From contig NC_081366.1 in NCBI RefSeq assembly GCF_030684315.1, positions 7,440,001-7,504,000 on the forward strand: 64,000 nucleotides of DNA, given 5' to 3'. How positions within the stretch are numbered: position 1 is the stretch's first letter; each line of letters opens with the position of its first letter. Under the pieces are notes generated by a model. The model saw nothing but the letters and a program-made list of their open reading frames with translations. It ran no database searches and was not told the DNA's origin. This DNA comes from Stegostoma tigrinum (lineage: Eukaryota). Below are positions 12,356 to 25,245 of this stretch, in pieces. The translations under genes were made by a program, and so were the position numbers.

Positions 12356-14249
12356 GGACAGTTTCGGAATAATTTATAGTTGAGAAAATATTTAACATCA
12401 TGAGACCAAAATCTTTAGATACGTATTGATTGAGTCACTCTGTTCGTTCAAAAAAATCTGTACGTTTGTTTTATTTTCCAGTATGCTACTGTTCAGCATG
12501 CAAAGAAGTTATTTAACACATGCATTTTGCCGTTTGATTTTTTTTTCTCTGCTCCCTGACGTGTATGATAGCTTAGCGATGGCTGTCACGGTCATCACAG
12601 AGCAGAAGCTGGGGAGCACTGTTAAGTCTGTTGCAGGTATCAGTCATCCTCATTTAGATGGTACTGCCCAGATCATATAGTACAGAAATTATTTGGGGCG
12701 TTTTGCGGACGAATATTACCAATGATATTACAGGATATTATGTATTTCAAGCAGATCCTTAACCCGAAGATATCAATGTGGAGGCTGGCTTATCCAGAGT
12801 GCGCATATTAAAACAAAGAAGTCTCAACTTCCTTCCTCTTGTTTCACTGTGCTTGACGTCACTCTTGTTTTCCTTGCCTTGAAGTATCCAAAGTTTTTGA
12901 ATGGACAGCTACATATTAAACAACGAATTAGAAACTATAAATAGTTTGCTCTATTCAGTTGAAAGTTATGTTTCGTTGGAGTTACTTTAGTAAAAATGAA
13001 GAAGAAAGGGACTAGTTAAACATGATCAATGTGCAGCCAGCAAGCAATGATTATGCACATCGTACATATTTTATTCAATTCATCAGAGGAGAGTACGATC
13101 ATTACTGCATAGTAGCGATTTATATTTAATTAACACGAAAAGGTATGACAATTGCTAAAACTGAAACGATTGAATAGATTGTTTTCTTTTTTCATTTGCT
13201 CAGAAATATAAATATTGGATAATATTTTTCCTTTGTTTTATAATTTATCAGTATTAGTTAATGGATTATTTGCAAGTCTGCTGAGATTGTTCCAAGTATG
13301 TAAAATGGAAAAAGGGGATAATTTGATTGTGATAATTGATTTAATCAGGGCTATTGATAAAAGCAAAAAGTGGAAAGAGTGTGTAAACGCTGGGAAGTCA
13401 AGGACCTAACTGTTGAATTCACGACAGAACAAATAGAACAGATTTCAGTTTCTTGCAAACTTTCTACCAGAAGCGCACCTTTAGATTCTAGTAGATCCGC
13501 AGTCGTATTTTTATGTTGTAATTCTAAGTGTAAAATTAATGGAATGACTAGTCATTTAGTGTGAAGTGTACATAAAGTTCTGAAGTCGAATGCTGAATTC
13601 CCAGTTGCTGGCAAACATGATTAGGATTATTGAAATGTTTTGCAATCACATTTTACCCAACACATAAATGATTTAAAATAAAGTTGATTTTGTGAGAGAT
13701 ATACAGTGATTTGGCTGATCACGGGAAGAAATCAAATAATGTCCGAGGCTGCCGAATACAAATAACTGATTACTGTCGCTACTGAAGTTTCTAATGCCAG
13801 GATTTTGCCTGTGAGAGCTTGCTATATTTGTCAATAGCTCTAGAATCATTACATCTTCGTGATTTTTTTTTCTTCTTAAATGTCCACTTGCTCTACCGCT
13901 GGCTTGTTGTCACTGAAATATTCATTATCTAAAATATGCAATGCAGGAATTCCCCAACATTTTTTCTTTGAAGCTCAACTGACAGTAAGGAAAAGAACTG
14001 CAGCAGCGTCAGAACACCATCGCTGTCAAACGCTTCTGCATCAGCCTCTCTTGTGCTTATATTACCAATGATTTTTTTCTACATGTGATGAGATCCTGCA
14101 ATGCCTTGAGTACTGAACTTCAATGCTGAATGTTTAAAGTAAGTGGAGGAGAAGCATTGGAAGATTTGTTGGTATTTCCCTCTGTAAACCTGAAAGCTGG
14201 CTTTGATGAAACAGCATGAATACAATTGAACACATTGCATGGGGGTTAG

Positions 14250-14340
14250 AGATAACAAGGTGTGGAGCTGGATGAACACTGCAGGCCAACCAGCATCTTA
14301 GGAGCAGGAAAGCTGACGTTTTGGGTTGAGATCCGTTTGC
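14250..14340 (-). mobile_element. Penelope-like terminal-repeat fragment (degenerate hammerhead)
   Basis: GATAACAAGGTGTGGAGCTGGATGAACAC...GCTGACGTTTTGGG matches the end of the Penelope element at 52010-52140. Confidence 0.7.
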
Positions 14341-15049
14341 CGTCGATTGGTCCCACTTGCCCCGAAATGTGAAAAAATAGGATGAATGAATTGAAGCACA
14401 AAGAAGCCCCAAACAAAATAGTCAATAAGAATCAGAGGGGAGATCTTCGCTTCTTCAGCACAAGGAAACTTTGGCTCTGGTAGTTGGAAGTCAGCTATAT
14501 GAATTCCAGGACATCTGTTGATATGGTTCATTCCCTGTGGTTTTGCTGCCACATCCTTGTGGGTCCTATGCAGTGATGGTCTGTTTCAGCATGTTCAGAA
14601 TTGTCAGTAGCATTGAAGGCCCAGCCCTGGATTCCAATGACCCAGGCCAGCGGTGTCTTCGGCAATGACTTTAATTCCTTAAGTCAGTTTCTGCATGGCA
14701 TTCTAGCTGGCATAGTGGTCTACTTGAGTGGTAGTTTCAATGTCGAGATGGGCCTTCACAATAGCATCTGTGGCGACTTCGGTGGTGTGGTGGTCTGGTC
14801 TACGATTCCAATAGTTCCAAAATCGGTGGCTTTGATATTGGCTTTCTGCAGCAGTGGAGAGTTTGACTCCTGTCTTTTCCTCGACTTTGGAAACCCAGTA
14901 GAAGTTAATTGAAAGGAAAGATGGACTTTGCCTTAATTTATATATACACATGATTTCTGTGATTAATATTGCCACTGGAGTATGGCGACTTAAACAATGT
15001 TGACTGTAGTTTTTGTTAAAAAAAATACATTGGGTTGTATCCTAAACTG

Positions 15050-15930
15050 AAACATTTTCAGCTGCTTCATCAAAGATGTCTTGTCCATCACAAGGTCAGA
15101 AATGAGATTGCTCACTGATGATTCCATTCATAATTTCTCAGACACTAAAGCTCTCCATGTCCAAATGCAACAAATCCTAGACAGTATCTGCACTTGGAAT
15201 GAAAAACAACAAGAAAAGTTTGTGACCTTCAAATGCTAAGCAATATCTATCTCCAACATGAAACATTCCAACCGACACCACCCCGACCCTCACATCCACT
15301 TTGAAACTCAGTGTTGTCATCACTGAATCCCCCAATGTCCACATCTTGGGGTGTTACTGCATGCACAAACTGAACCAGGTTAACCATAAAAAATCTGATG
15401 GTTAGCGGAGCATGTCACAGACTGGGAATACTTCAGTGAGTAATTCATGGCTTGATTCTCCAAAGCCCGTCTTCTATCAGCAAGTCAAATTCAGGAGTGG
15501 AGTGGAATACTCTCCATTCTCCTGTATGAGAAATCCCAGCTACACTCAAGAAGATTAACGGCATCCAGGACAAAACAGCCATTTAGTTTGCACCCCATCC
15601 ACAGACACCGACTCCATCTAGCACTGACACTTATTAGCAGCATTCTGTACCATGTAGAAGATGCATGTCAGAAATTCACGAAATATCCTTACAGGGCACA
15701 TTTCAAACATGGGACCTCAACCATCAAGAAGAATGAAGAGCATCAGATATGTGGGTACACTGCCAGCTACAATTCTTTGTGTTGTTGGGTCAAATTCGCA
15801 GAAACACCTCCCTTAGAGACACTGTGAATCTACCACACTGAAGAGTTCAGAGCAGATCAAGAAGGCAGCTCAGCAGCACATTCTCTAAGGCACCAGTAAA
15901 ACATAATAAATGAAGCACAGTCAGCAAGTC
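15050..15930 (+). mobile_element. Degenerate non-LTR LINE 3' region (second family, L2/CR1-superclade-like)
   Basis: Parallels the copies at 18540-19500 and 21980-22720 (RSVMEY...LKKLDxIQDKA remnants). Confidence 0.65.
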
Positions 15931-16399
15931 CTAAATAACTCCAGCCAAATAGATAGAAAAGAAATGACCTTTTCTAAAGATATCACCACCAAACATTGGT
16001 TCATAATTCAATGCAGCTCTAAAAGAATGCTGCATTTTTGGTTGTGTCGACTTTTAGCTGAGTTGCAAAATTGAGGTATTTTATCCTCTCTGAAATGGAG
16101 GCAAAAGTCCATGAGACAGTATTCAAACTATAAGCATGAGAGATCCCCCTTTATTCCTGGCCAATTATTATCTTTGCATCAATGCCATTTAAACCGATTG
16201 TTTGGCCATTATGAGATTGCACTTTGTGAGACTTCACTATGCATGGAGAGGTTCCAAGGCTTCCTACGTTATAACAGCAACTTAACTTGCAAAGTAGTTG
16301 TAAAGGTCTTTGAAATGAATTGAGGTAGGGTAATGCACTACACAAATGCAGATCTTACTTTAATTACAAAAGGTTTGGAAATTATTGGAAAAGATTCTT

Positions 16400-17600
16400 C
16401 AGGATAAGAAGAGCAGACAGTCAGAAAAATATAGACCAACTAATGGGAGACACAATGATTGTTCGGGCAAGGCCCTGTCTGCCATCATGATTGAGTATTT
16501 TTAGGAAGTGCAAAAGATGATTGATAAAGGCAGGGTGATAGCAGTTGTGGATATGGGCTTGAGCAAAGCTTTTGATAATGTCCTTCATAGAAGACTGATA
16601 CAAATCGTTATGTCACATGGGATCTACAGGACTGTCGTGCACTGCAAGGATCTTTGCTGGAACCCCTGTTGTTGTTATACACAAATGATTTGGAGGAGAT
16701 TGTAGGTGGTCTGATTATTAAGTTTACAGATGACACAAACGTTGGTGGAGCTGCCAATAGTGAGGCGATTACCAGATGATACAGAAAGAGATAGACTTTG
16801 GTGGAGAGCTATTGGGTGACGCTTCATCCAGACATATTCATGGTAATGTATTTTGGAAAGCCTATTGCAGGAAGGAAGCACACAGCAAATGTGGAATGCT
16901 TAGTGGTATCAACATACAGAGTGATCTTGGTGTTCAGGTTCACAGTTCCCTGAAAGTGGCAAAACAATTTAATTAATTGATCAAGAAAGCATGTAGCATG
17001 CATACTTTCATCAGTCAGAACACAGAATATGAAAATTAACCATTCATGTTGCATTTGCACATAAATTTAGTTAGGCCACATTGTGTACAGTTCTGTTGCC
17101 ACACTACGAGAAGGATGTGAAGGCTTTGGTGAGGGTATGGATATGGTTTAACGGAATGTTGTCTATTTTGTAGACAAATATGTTTTGTTGTCACTTGAAC
17201 ATTGAAGGATGAGGGGTGGCTTGACTGAAGTTTACAAAATTATGAGAGGCATAGATAGAATGGATGGTCAGGAAAACAAAAATCCCAGGATAGAAATGTG
17301 AATTACTAGGGGACATATGATTAAATTAGAAGTGATTAAGTTTAAAGGACATATCAAAGGCAAAGCTTTTGTTTTACAAAGAGAATGGTTAGTGCCTGAA
17401 ATTTACTGGCGGAGGAAGTGGTGGAGACGAATCCACTAGCAAGTTTTAAGAGGCATCTCGCCACAAATATGAATTGGCAGGGTTAGAGGGATTTAGACTG
17501 CAGAGAGGCAAAATGTTTAGAGCTTGTAAAGACACCATGCATTGGCACAATCATGGTGGACCAAAGGCCCTTTTTGCGCCCTATACTGTTCTTTGACTTT
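16400..17600 (+). mobile_element. CR1-like LINE fragment
   Basis: ORF 16508 reads VVDMGLSKAFDNVLHRRL (RT DFSKAFD motif), followed by CR1 3' sequence. Confidence 0.8.
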
Positions 17601-17619
17601 TTTTATTCTTTGTACAAGG

Positions 17620-19500
17620 AGGAAATGCTCTCATCCAACTCTGCCTCCTTCAGTAATCCCCAGCATCGCAGATACCACCTGTCAGTCAATTTGAATCACT
17701 TCATGTAAATAAATTGTTGTAGATATTGGTTACTTCAATGGTTTTGGACCCTGATAATGTTGCCAGAATAGTATTGAAGACATGAGCTGCATATCTTACC
17801 ATTCCCATTGCCAAGCTCTTCCAGTATAGTTATAACATAGGCATCTACTCAACAATTGGGTAATTGTCCATATATAACCTGTACACTGAAAAAGCAGGAC
17901 AAATCCAACCTGGCAAAATAATTGCCCCATCAGTGTACTCTCGGGTTATTAAAAAAATGTAGCAGCACTTCCTTATCCATAACCTGCTTGGTGACACTCA
18001 ATTTGTATTCTGCCAAGCTTCTGATCTCCTTACAACCTGATTCAAACAAAGACAAAAGAGCTGAATTCCAGAGGCGAGGCTAGAATAATTCCTATAAGGC
18101 CATAAGACATAGGAATGGGAGTAAGGTCATTTGACCCATCAAGTCCACTCCGCCATTTAAATCATGGCTGATGGGCATTTCAACTCCATTACCCTGCACT
18201 CTCCCCATAGCCCTTGATTCCTTTTGAGATCAAGAATTTATCGATCTCTGCCTTGAAGACATCTAACGTCCCAGCCTCCACTGAAATCCGTGGCAATGAA
18301 TTCCACAAGCCCACCACTCTCTGGATGAAGAAACGTCTCCTCATTTCCATGCCCTTGAGATCAAGGATGCATTTTTCTATGTGTGATATAAACGAAGTCA
18401 AGAAAAACTGGAATCAATGACTATAGAGGGCAAACTCTTTGCTACTTGTAGTCGTGCCTGGTGGGTAGGAAATTGGGTTTGTGGGAGATCAGTTATATCA
18501 GCTCCAGGGTATTTCTGCAAGATTTCATCAAAGTAATGTCCTGGGCAAATCACTTTTGACTGCTTTATCAAAGACCTTCCTTCCTTCATAAGGTCCAAAG
18601 TGGAGATGTTCACAAATGATTTATCAATTTTATGCAGTGTTCATAACTCCTCAGATACTGAATTAGTCCATGTTCAAATTCAATGTGATCTGGACAATAT
18701 CGAGACTTGGGCTGACAATTCACAAATAACATTCACAGAACGCAAATGCCAGGAAATTATCATCTCTATAAGAAACAATCTCACCAGCATCTCTTGACAT
18801 TTAATGGTTTTACCATCGCTGAATCCCCCACTCTCAACATCCTGTGGGTTACCTTACCAGATACTCCGTTGGACTCGCCATTATATCACAGTGGCTAAAA
18901 GAGCAAGTCAGAAGCTAGGAATACTGCCGCAAACAACTCGTTTAGTGAGACCTCAAAGCCTGTCCACTATCCACAATGTGGAAGTCAGGAGTGTGATGGA
19001 ATACTGCCCATTTGCCTGGATGGCTGCAGCTTCACCAACAGTCAAGAAGCTTCACAACATCCAAGACAAAGCAATCTGCTTAATTGGCACCGTATCCACA
19101 AATATCTAGTCTACACCATAGATGCACAATAACAGCTGTGTTTACGACCTGCAAGATGCACTGCAGAAATTCACCAGTGGTCTGAGGCGAGTACCTTCCA
19201 AACCACGACTACTTCCATCTATAAGGACAAGAGCAACAGATATACAGCAATACTGCCACTGAGAATTTCCCCTCCAAGGCACTCACAATCTTGACTTGGA
19301 AATATCTCGCTGTTCCTTCACTTACACTGGGTCAAGATTCTGAAATTCCCCCAACACTCACCTCGCACTCCCCGCCATGGAAATGTTTGTCAACCTACTG
19401 CACTTAGAACGTAGAAGTTGAAGAAGGCAGTTCACCACTATGCTCTCAAAGGCGACTAGGAACAAGCAACAAATATTGGCCAGCCAGCGACCCACACATC
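17620..19500 (+). mobile_element. Degenerate LINE RT region, interrupted by a CR1 3' fragment
   Basis: ORFs 18600 and 18804 (FTNDLSI...; VRSVMEYCPFAWMAAASPTVKKLHNIQDKAICLI). Confidence 0.75.
18097..18350 (-). mobile_element. Young CR1 3' fragment nested in older LINE
   Basis: Near-identical, inverted, to the 3' part of 54058-54502 (FIQRVVGLWNSLP...FKAEIDKFL). Confidence 0.85.
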
Positions 19501-20079
19501 ACAGGAATGCATAGAAAAATAAACTAGATAATGGTCAAAGCTTTATAATGTGCTACTGCATAAAGTTTTGTGACCTATTAAGTGCATCTACCCAAGGGAA
19601 GCACTGTTCCCACTGTGAATCAGGGGTACAGGCAACGAATGTTGAATGTGTTGGATGGTTTGCTTTACCCTGAATAATGCAAAACTTCTTGGGTTCTGAT
19701 GAAGCCTCACTCACTAATCATGTGGAAACTCTTTCACCACATTCATGATTGCATCTTATAGACAGTAGCAGGCCAGGAGTAGTCAGAGAGTGATTTACAC
19801 ACGACAGAAGTCCCAGAGTCTGAGCAGTTCTTGTTGGTACGTTCATCTGCATGGTTTCCTCTCAAACAATCAGACATGATAATTTTATTCAGAATATTTT
19901 ATACTGCAATTGGTCAAATATCTCCTTTCTGGGATTTAGTTTTACTTCCATGATTCAACCAAGGCAAGAATGAGGCTCACTCACTGACTGACCACATAGC
20001 AACAACTGTTAAGCAAGCATATGGAGATTCATAGACCGATCAATGATAGCTTTCAACATTGTCCCTTGTATAGAGGAGC

Positions 20080-22720
20080 ACAGCAACTCAGTTGTCAGTT
20101 TTCAGCTGTTTGAACTCAATCTACCCAATATCATGAAATGCCAGAGACACTGGATACTGTAAATAATGTGACCCTGACAATGTTCTAGCAGTAGTATTGA
20201 AGACAGGTTTTCCAGAAGTTTCTCCAATTCGAGATAAATTATTCAAACCTTAGTTACAACTCTGGCACATATACTGCACTGTAAAAAGTTACATGTTTGT
20301 CCACAAAAAGCAGAACAGCTCAAATACCCCTCTTAGTTTACTCATGGCTATCAGTAAAGACATGGAAGTGTGGTCTATATTATGAGAAAGAAGCATTTGC
20401 TTAGTAACAACATTTCCATTGACACTTAGAAGAGCTTTAGAAACAGCCACAACTGATACTGACTCCATAAAATCTTGATAAACCTGGACAATAAAAAAAT
20501 GAATTCTCTCTGTTGTGTGAAAATAACTGGCGTTGGCATTTTTAAATTCATTCATGAGACATGAGGTGTGTGCATCATTAGTTGTCGAGACTTTATTGCC
20601 TGTCACTGGTTGCCCTTGAGAAGGTGATTGTGAACTGTCTTGTTGACTCGCTGCATTCCAGTTGCTATAGGTAGAACCAAAAAGCCTCGAGGGAGGATAT
20701 TCCACAAATTTTACCGAATGACAGTGAAGGAATGCATCACAGCAGCATTTTACAAGAAGTAGCTGCAAGGATCTTGAGCAAATCTCACGTGAATGGAAAT
20801 AAAGAGAAACCTCTCCACTGTTTTGAATCATACTTGGTACAAAGTAAGCTGGCTGTGGTTGCTGGAGGTGCATCACCTTGCTCCAGAACATTCTGAAGAA
20901 GTTTATTTTGGTCATGCCCTGAGCCAAACAATCGTCAGCTGTTACGACAATGACTTTCCCTCATTCAAAACGTCTGAACTGGGGATATTCACGGATGATT
21001 GGGCAATGTTCAGCATCATTCACTAGAACTCAGTTGCTGAAGCAATCTGTGCCTAAAGGAAGCAAGATCTGGACAATGCAGATCATAAGACGTAAGAGTA
21101 CAAGTTGGCCATTCAGCCAAGCGGATCTGTCCCACCTTTCCACAAGATCGGAAGAGATTATGGAGCGACACTGTGCCTCAATGGTTAACACTGCTGCCGC
21201 ACAGTGCCAGGGACCCAGGTTTGATTCCACCCTTGGGCGACTGTGTGGAGTTTGCCCATTGTCCCTGTGTCTGCATGTGATTCCTCCAGGTGCTCTGGTT
21301 TCCTCCTACAGTCCAAAGATGTGGAGGCTAGGTGAATCAGCCATGCTAAATTGACCACAGTGTTCAGGGACGTGTAGATTAGTTGCGCTATAGAAGAATG
21401 TACCTCTATGGGATGCTCTGAGGATCGGTGTGGACTTGTTGGGCCGAAGGGCCTGTTTCCACACTGTAGGGATTTAATGATCATCATAATTATGATCCCA
21501 TCATTCAATAAAAAAAATCTCCGTCTAAGTCTTGAATACACTTCATGACACAAATCCACAATCTTCTGTAGTAGGGATAAATGCGTAGATTCATTTCCAT
21601 CTGTGAGGAAAATCTGATCCATATTTTTGTATTAAATGAGCGATTCTTGACATTGAGATAACGCCCTCTGGTCCGACACACTCTAACAAGGGAAAAAATA
21701 TGTTTAGCCTCAGGTGTATCAAGGCCCCAATTTTTTATACGTTTCCATAACATCTCCACCTACCCTTAACTGCAACGTGCACAATCCCAATCTTCTCATC
21801 CTTTTGACATAATAAAATCTTTTGTTGCCTATCTCCAATGCCAGTCCTTATTTCCCTCGACAAGGTTACTAAAACTGTTCATAGCATTCGAAGTGATATC
21901 TTACCAGTGCATTTTAGAGTTTTAATAAGATGTCCACAGTTTTATTATCAATCCTTTTGCAATAAAGACCAACATCGAGGTTTGAACTGACAAAAAACAA
22001 GTATTATTCATGCCAGTCAAATGGCAGGCAATAACCATTTCCAACAAGAGAGAATCTAACGATCATACCTTGATATTCAATGTAACTTATCATCACTTAA
22101 TACACATTAACATCCTGGAGTCCTCATGGACGAGAAACTAAACAGTACGAGGTGTATAAATACTGTGACTGCAAGAGCAGGTTGGAGGCTTGGAAGTCGT
22201 CAGAAAGTAACTCATCTGCTTACCTCCCAAAACCTTTCCACTAGCTCTCAAGACCAAGTTAGAGTGATATTGAGTGTTTTGCACTTGCTTGGATGAGTGA
22301 AGCTGCAACAGCACTCAAAAAGCTTAAAACCATTCAAGACAGAGCAGCCAGCTTTAATGAGGTGATATCAACACACACTTACTTTCTCCACTAGCAGTAG
22401 CATTTTGGTGGACTGCCTGCGCTACAGAAATTCACCAAGATTCCTTTGTTAGCAACTTCCAAGCAAACGACCACTTCCATCGAGGAGAAAGGCAATGAAT
22501 ATCACACCACAACAGCATGTACCCTTCTCGGTCACTTCGTTTGGTGATATTAAAAAAAACACCAATTTCAGTGTCACTGAGTCAAAATCCTGGAACTCAT
22601 TCCCTCTTGGCATAATGGATCTGACTCGATCAAATGGGCTGCAGGAGTTCAAGATAATAGCTTATCTCCATCGTCGCAACTGTAACTAAGTAAAGGTAAT
22701 AAATGCTGACATAATCAGCA
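20080..22720 (+). mobile_element. Degenerate LINE with nested HE1-type SINE and minus-strand CR1 fragment (~21480-21975)
   Basis: Same family as 17620-19500; sequence interrupted from about 21080 to 21980. Confidence 0.65.
21165..21476 (+). mobile_element. HE1/V-SINE-type SINE
   Basis: tRNA-like head, V-core and TGTTTCCACACTGTAGGG tail. Confidence 0.85.
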
Positions 22721-23379
22721 GCACCAACATACTGTGTATGAATAATAAGTCTTTTTAAAAAAAAGACTGATGATTGAGAGTAAACTGATGAGCTGGTGAT
22801 TGCTATTGAATTTGTCCAGATTTCTTGAGACAAGACATACCTGGAAAGTTTCCCACTTTCCCAATGAGACATCATCTTTTCTTGTTGCTTTGAGACAAGT
22901 ATGTGCCTTGAATGCAATAACTAGGATATGGTAGAACCCATAAACTTTATTGTACCCAGTGTGCCTCGGCATTGGTGGATATCAAACAGTTCAGTGAAGG
23001 TGGGACACTTAATTAAAAACAAGACATGGCTATCCCTGTAACAACTCCTGCCGAAGTTTCTTATGAATTCTATACTCTTGTGTTTATCACCACACCCCTG
23101 TACTGAATTGTACCCTTAATGATTATGGAAATGTGCCCCTTCCTTGTTAATTGTACAATTGTCCATGCCCATTCAGAACTGGATGCAGCAAATTTCTGAT
23201 CCAATTAATTAGTTGTGGCTTCACTTGGCACTCCAAATATTCTTGTGACCCTTCTTTTGACCAGACCCAAAACGTTAACTCTGTTTTCTCCTTCACAGAT
23301 GCTGCCAGACCTGCTGAGCTTTTCCAGCAACTGTGTTTTTGCTTTTCCTCCAAATATTGTGTTGCATGTGCAACTTAGC

Positions 23380-24540
23380 ATATCCGTAAACCCACACTGA
23401 AACTTCACAAAGTTGATGTTTTCATATTAAGTCTGCTTGATATTACGCCTGGCATGCTTTTTAGCCCCTCTCATTGCAGAAAGGTGCCCCTTTGTCTGAG
23501 TGTACCGTGTGTTAAAGGATATAGCAGAGCATGATGTTTTGCATTATGTAATTCTGCTTCTGGTGGGTGCCTTCTTGATACTAGCTTGGAGCTCCTGCAT
23601 CAGTTCTGAGTCTAACTCATTTAGCATGATGGTAATAGCCTCTGAGTTTATGGAGGATGCCACTCGGCTGGGACCAACCTTCCACAGGGTCACTGTAACA
23701 ATTATTCCTACCAATACTGTCAAGAGTAAACATTCTTTCAAATGAAGATTATTAAAGGCACAAGCAATTAAATCATTCTCACTTGATGACTCACTCATCA
23801 ACTGCTACGGATTGTGACAGACTGTAATATTCTTCAACATTCAGACAGCTTTGTAAGGATTGGTGATGCAGCTTATGGGACCCCTTCCCAAAGGTACGAA
23901 ACGTGTCCTTGTAAACCATTTTGCTTCTTCCAAGTTTTGATCAGCATGAAGGAATACTGAGTCAGTAGTGGAGGGTGTTTGTTGGTGGTTATCGTCAATT
24001 CCGTACCAGTTTGAACTGGTGTCATGAAAATTCCTGGAGCCTGAAGCTAATGTTGTGGTTTGGCAGCCAATATTCACTCTCACTTCTGCAGATAAGTGAA
24101 AGCAGAATAACTGAGTAAGTATCACATGAAACAGCAGACCATTTCCAAGCAGCCCTCCTTTTTTAATCATGAGGAGATAACAGTACGTCAAATCTATGAA
24201 ACACGACAAACAAAGGTTAAGGAGAAAATTGCACTGCACTCACTCATAAATATAGGCTACCACACTGCCATCTCTGTTGGAGCTACCTTCACAGGACTGA
24301 ACATACCAAGATGGTGCCGGAAGTGTCTGCAACATTGGCTGAAAAGTATGATTCTGTGAACATGAATTTATCATGTTGTTGCCTGATAAGTCTGCATGAC
24401 AGCTTTGTCACTTTCGCCGCAAGTTTCGAAATGCTAGTAAAGTAGATTGAATACGGGATCTATGTTCTTGTAGGGGACTTGCGTCTGTCCTGAATGGTCT
24501 GTCCAATCTCATACTTAATAGAATCTTTTGAAGCAGTCAT
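23380..24540 (-). mobile_element. Degenerate LINE endonuclease region
   Basis: ORF 23841 segment TPSTTDSVFLHADQNLEEA resembles a decayed APE domain (YRPPS...LEEA); weak. Confidence 0.5.
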
Positions 24541-25245
24541 AATGAACTGAAAAGTTAACAATCTCAAGTGAGTCAACCAGATTTGGATAGCCATGGAATG
24601 CATTACTGAGCAGGCGATACTCCTTTCCTACAATAGTGAACCAGGGATCTGGCACAAAAATGTCGCATTTTCCTCACAATTTAACGACCTGATTTTAAAA
24701 TGCGCTGCTGTGGAGGTGAAATTTGAAGTCCTGCCTCTGGAGCATTATTAAAGGCCCCGGATCATAATTCCAAAATCACAAATACTGTCCCCTTTGTGTC
24801 CGTAAATGTTCAGAATTATTTCGAAGTCCAAATTCCTAAACGGTGAATAAATCTCGCGCATTAAGCTAGCGTGTACAAGAATGTCATATTTTCTATTAAA
24901 ATCTTGCTAAAGTGTTGCACTAATTTTTCGAAGTATTATTCTAACGAAGAAAATATTGCATAAATACATTGGTTTCTACAATAAATGGCAACTAATGGTT
25001 AGAAGAGCGACAGTTGACGCCAAAGTGCTTCACTATTGACGTATTTTTGTTCATTTGTTGATTTTTATTATTATCATTTTTTAATACGAATGGCATTGTT
25101 TATGTTAACATTCATAAATTTGAATTACAGTGAAACTTTATATTCCCGTGCAATTTCCCATGGAACTAGACAAATATATGTGGGCCGCAGAACTAAGTTA
25201 TTCTGCCTTTTTCTTTACCTGTTACAATAACATTACCTAACGCCG

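Noticed and set aside
20289-20927. 212-aa minus-strand ORF
   Set aside because: Antisense to a decayed LINE RT region; no recognisable domain.
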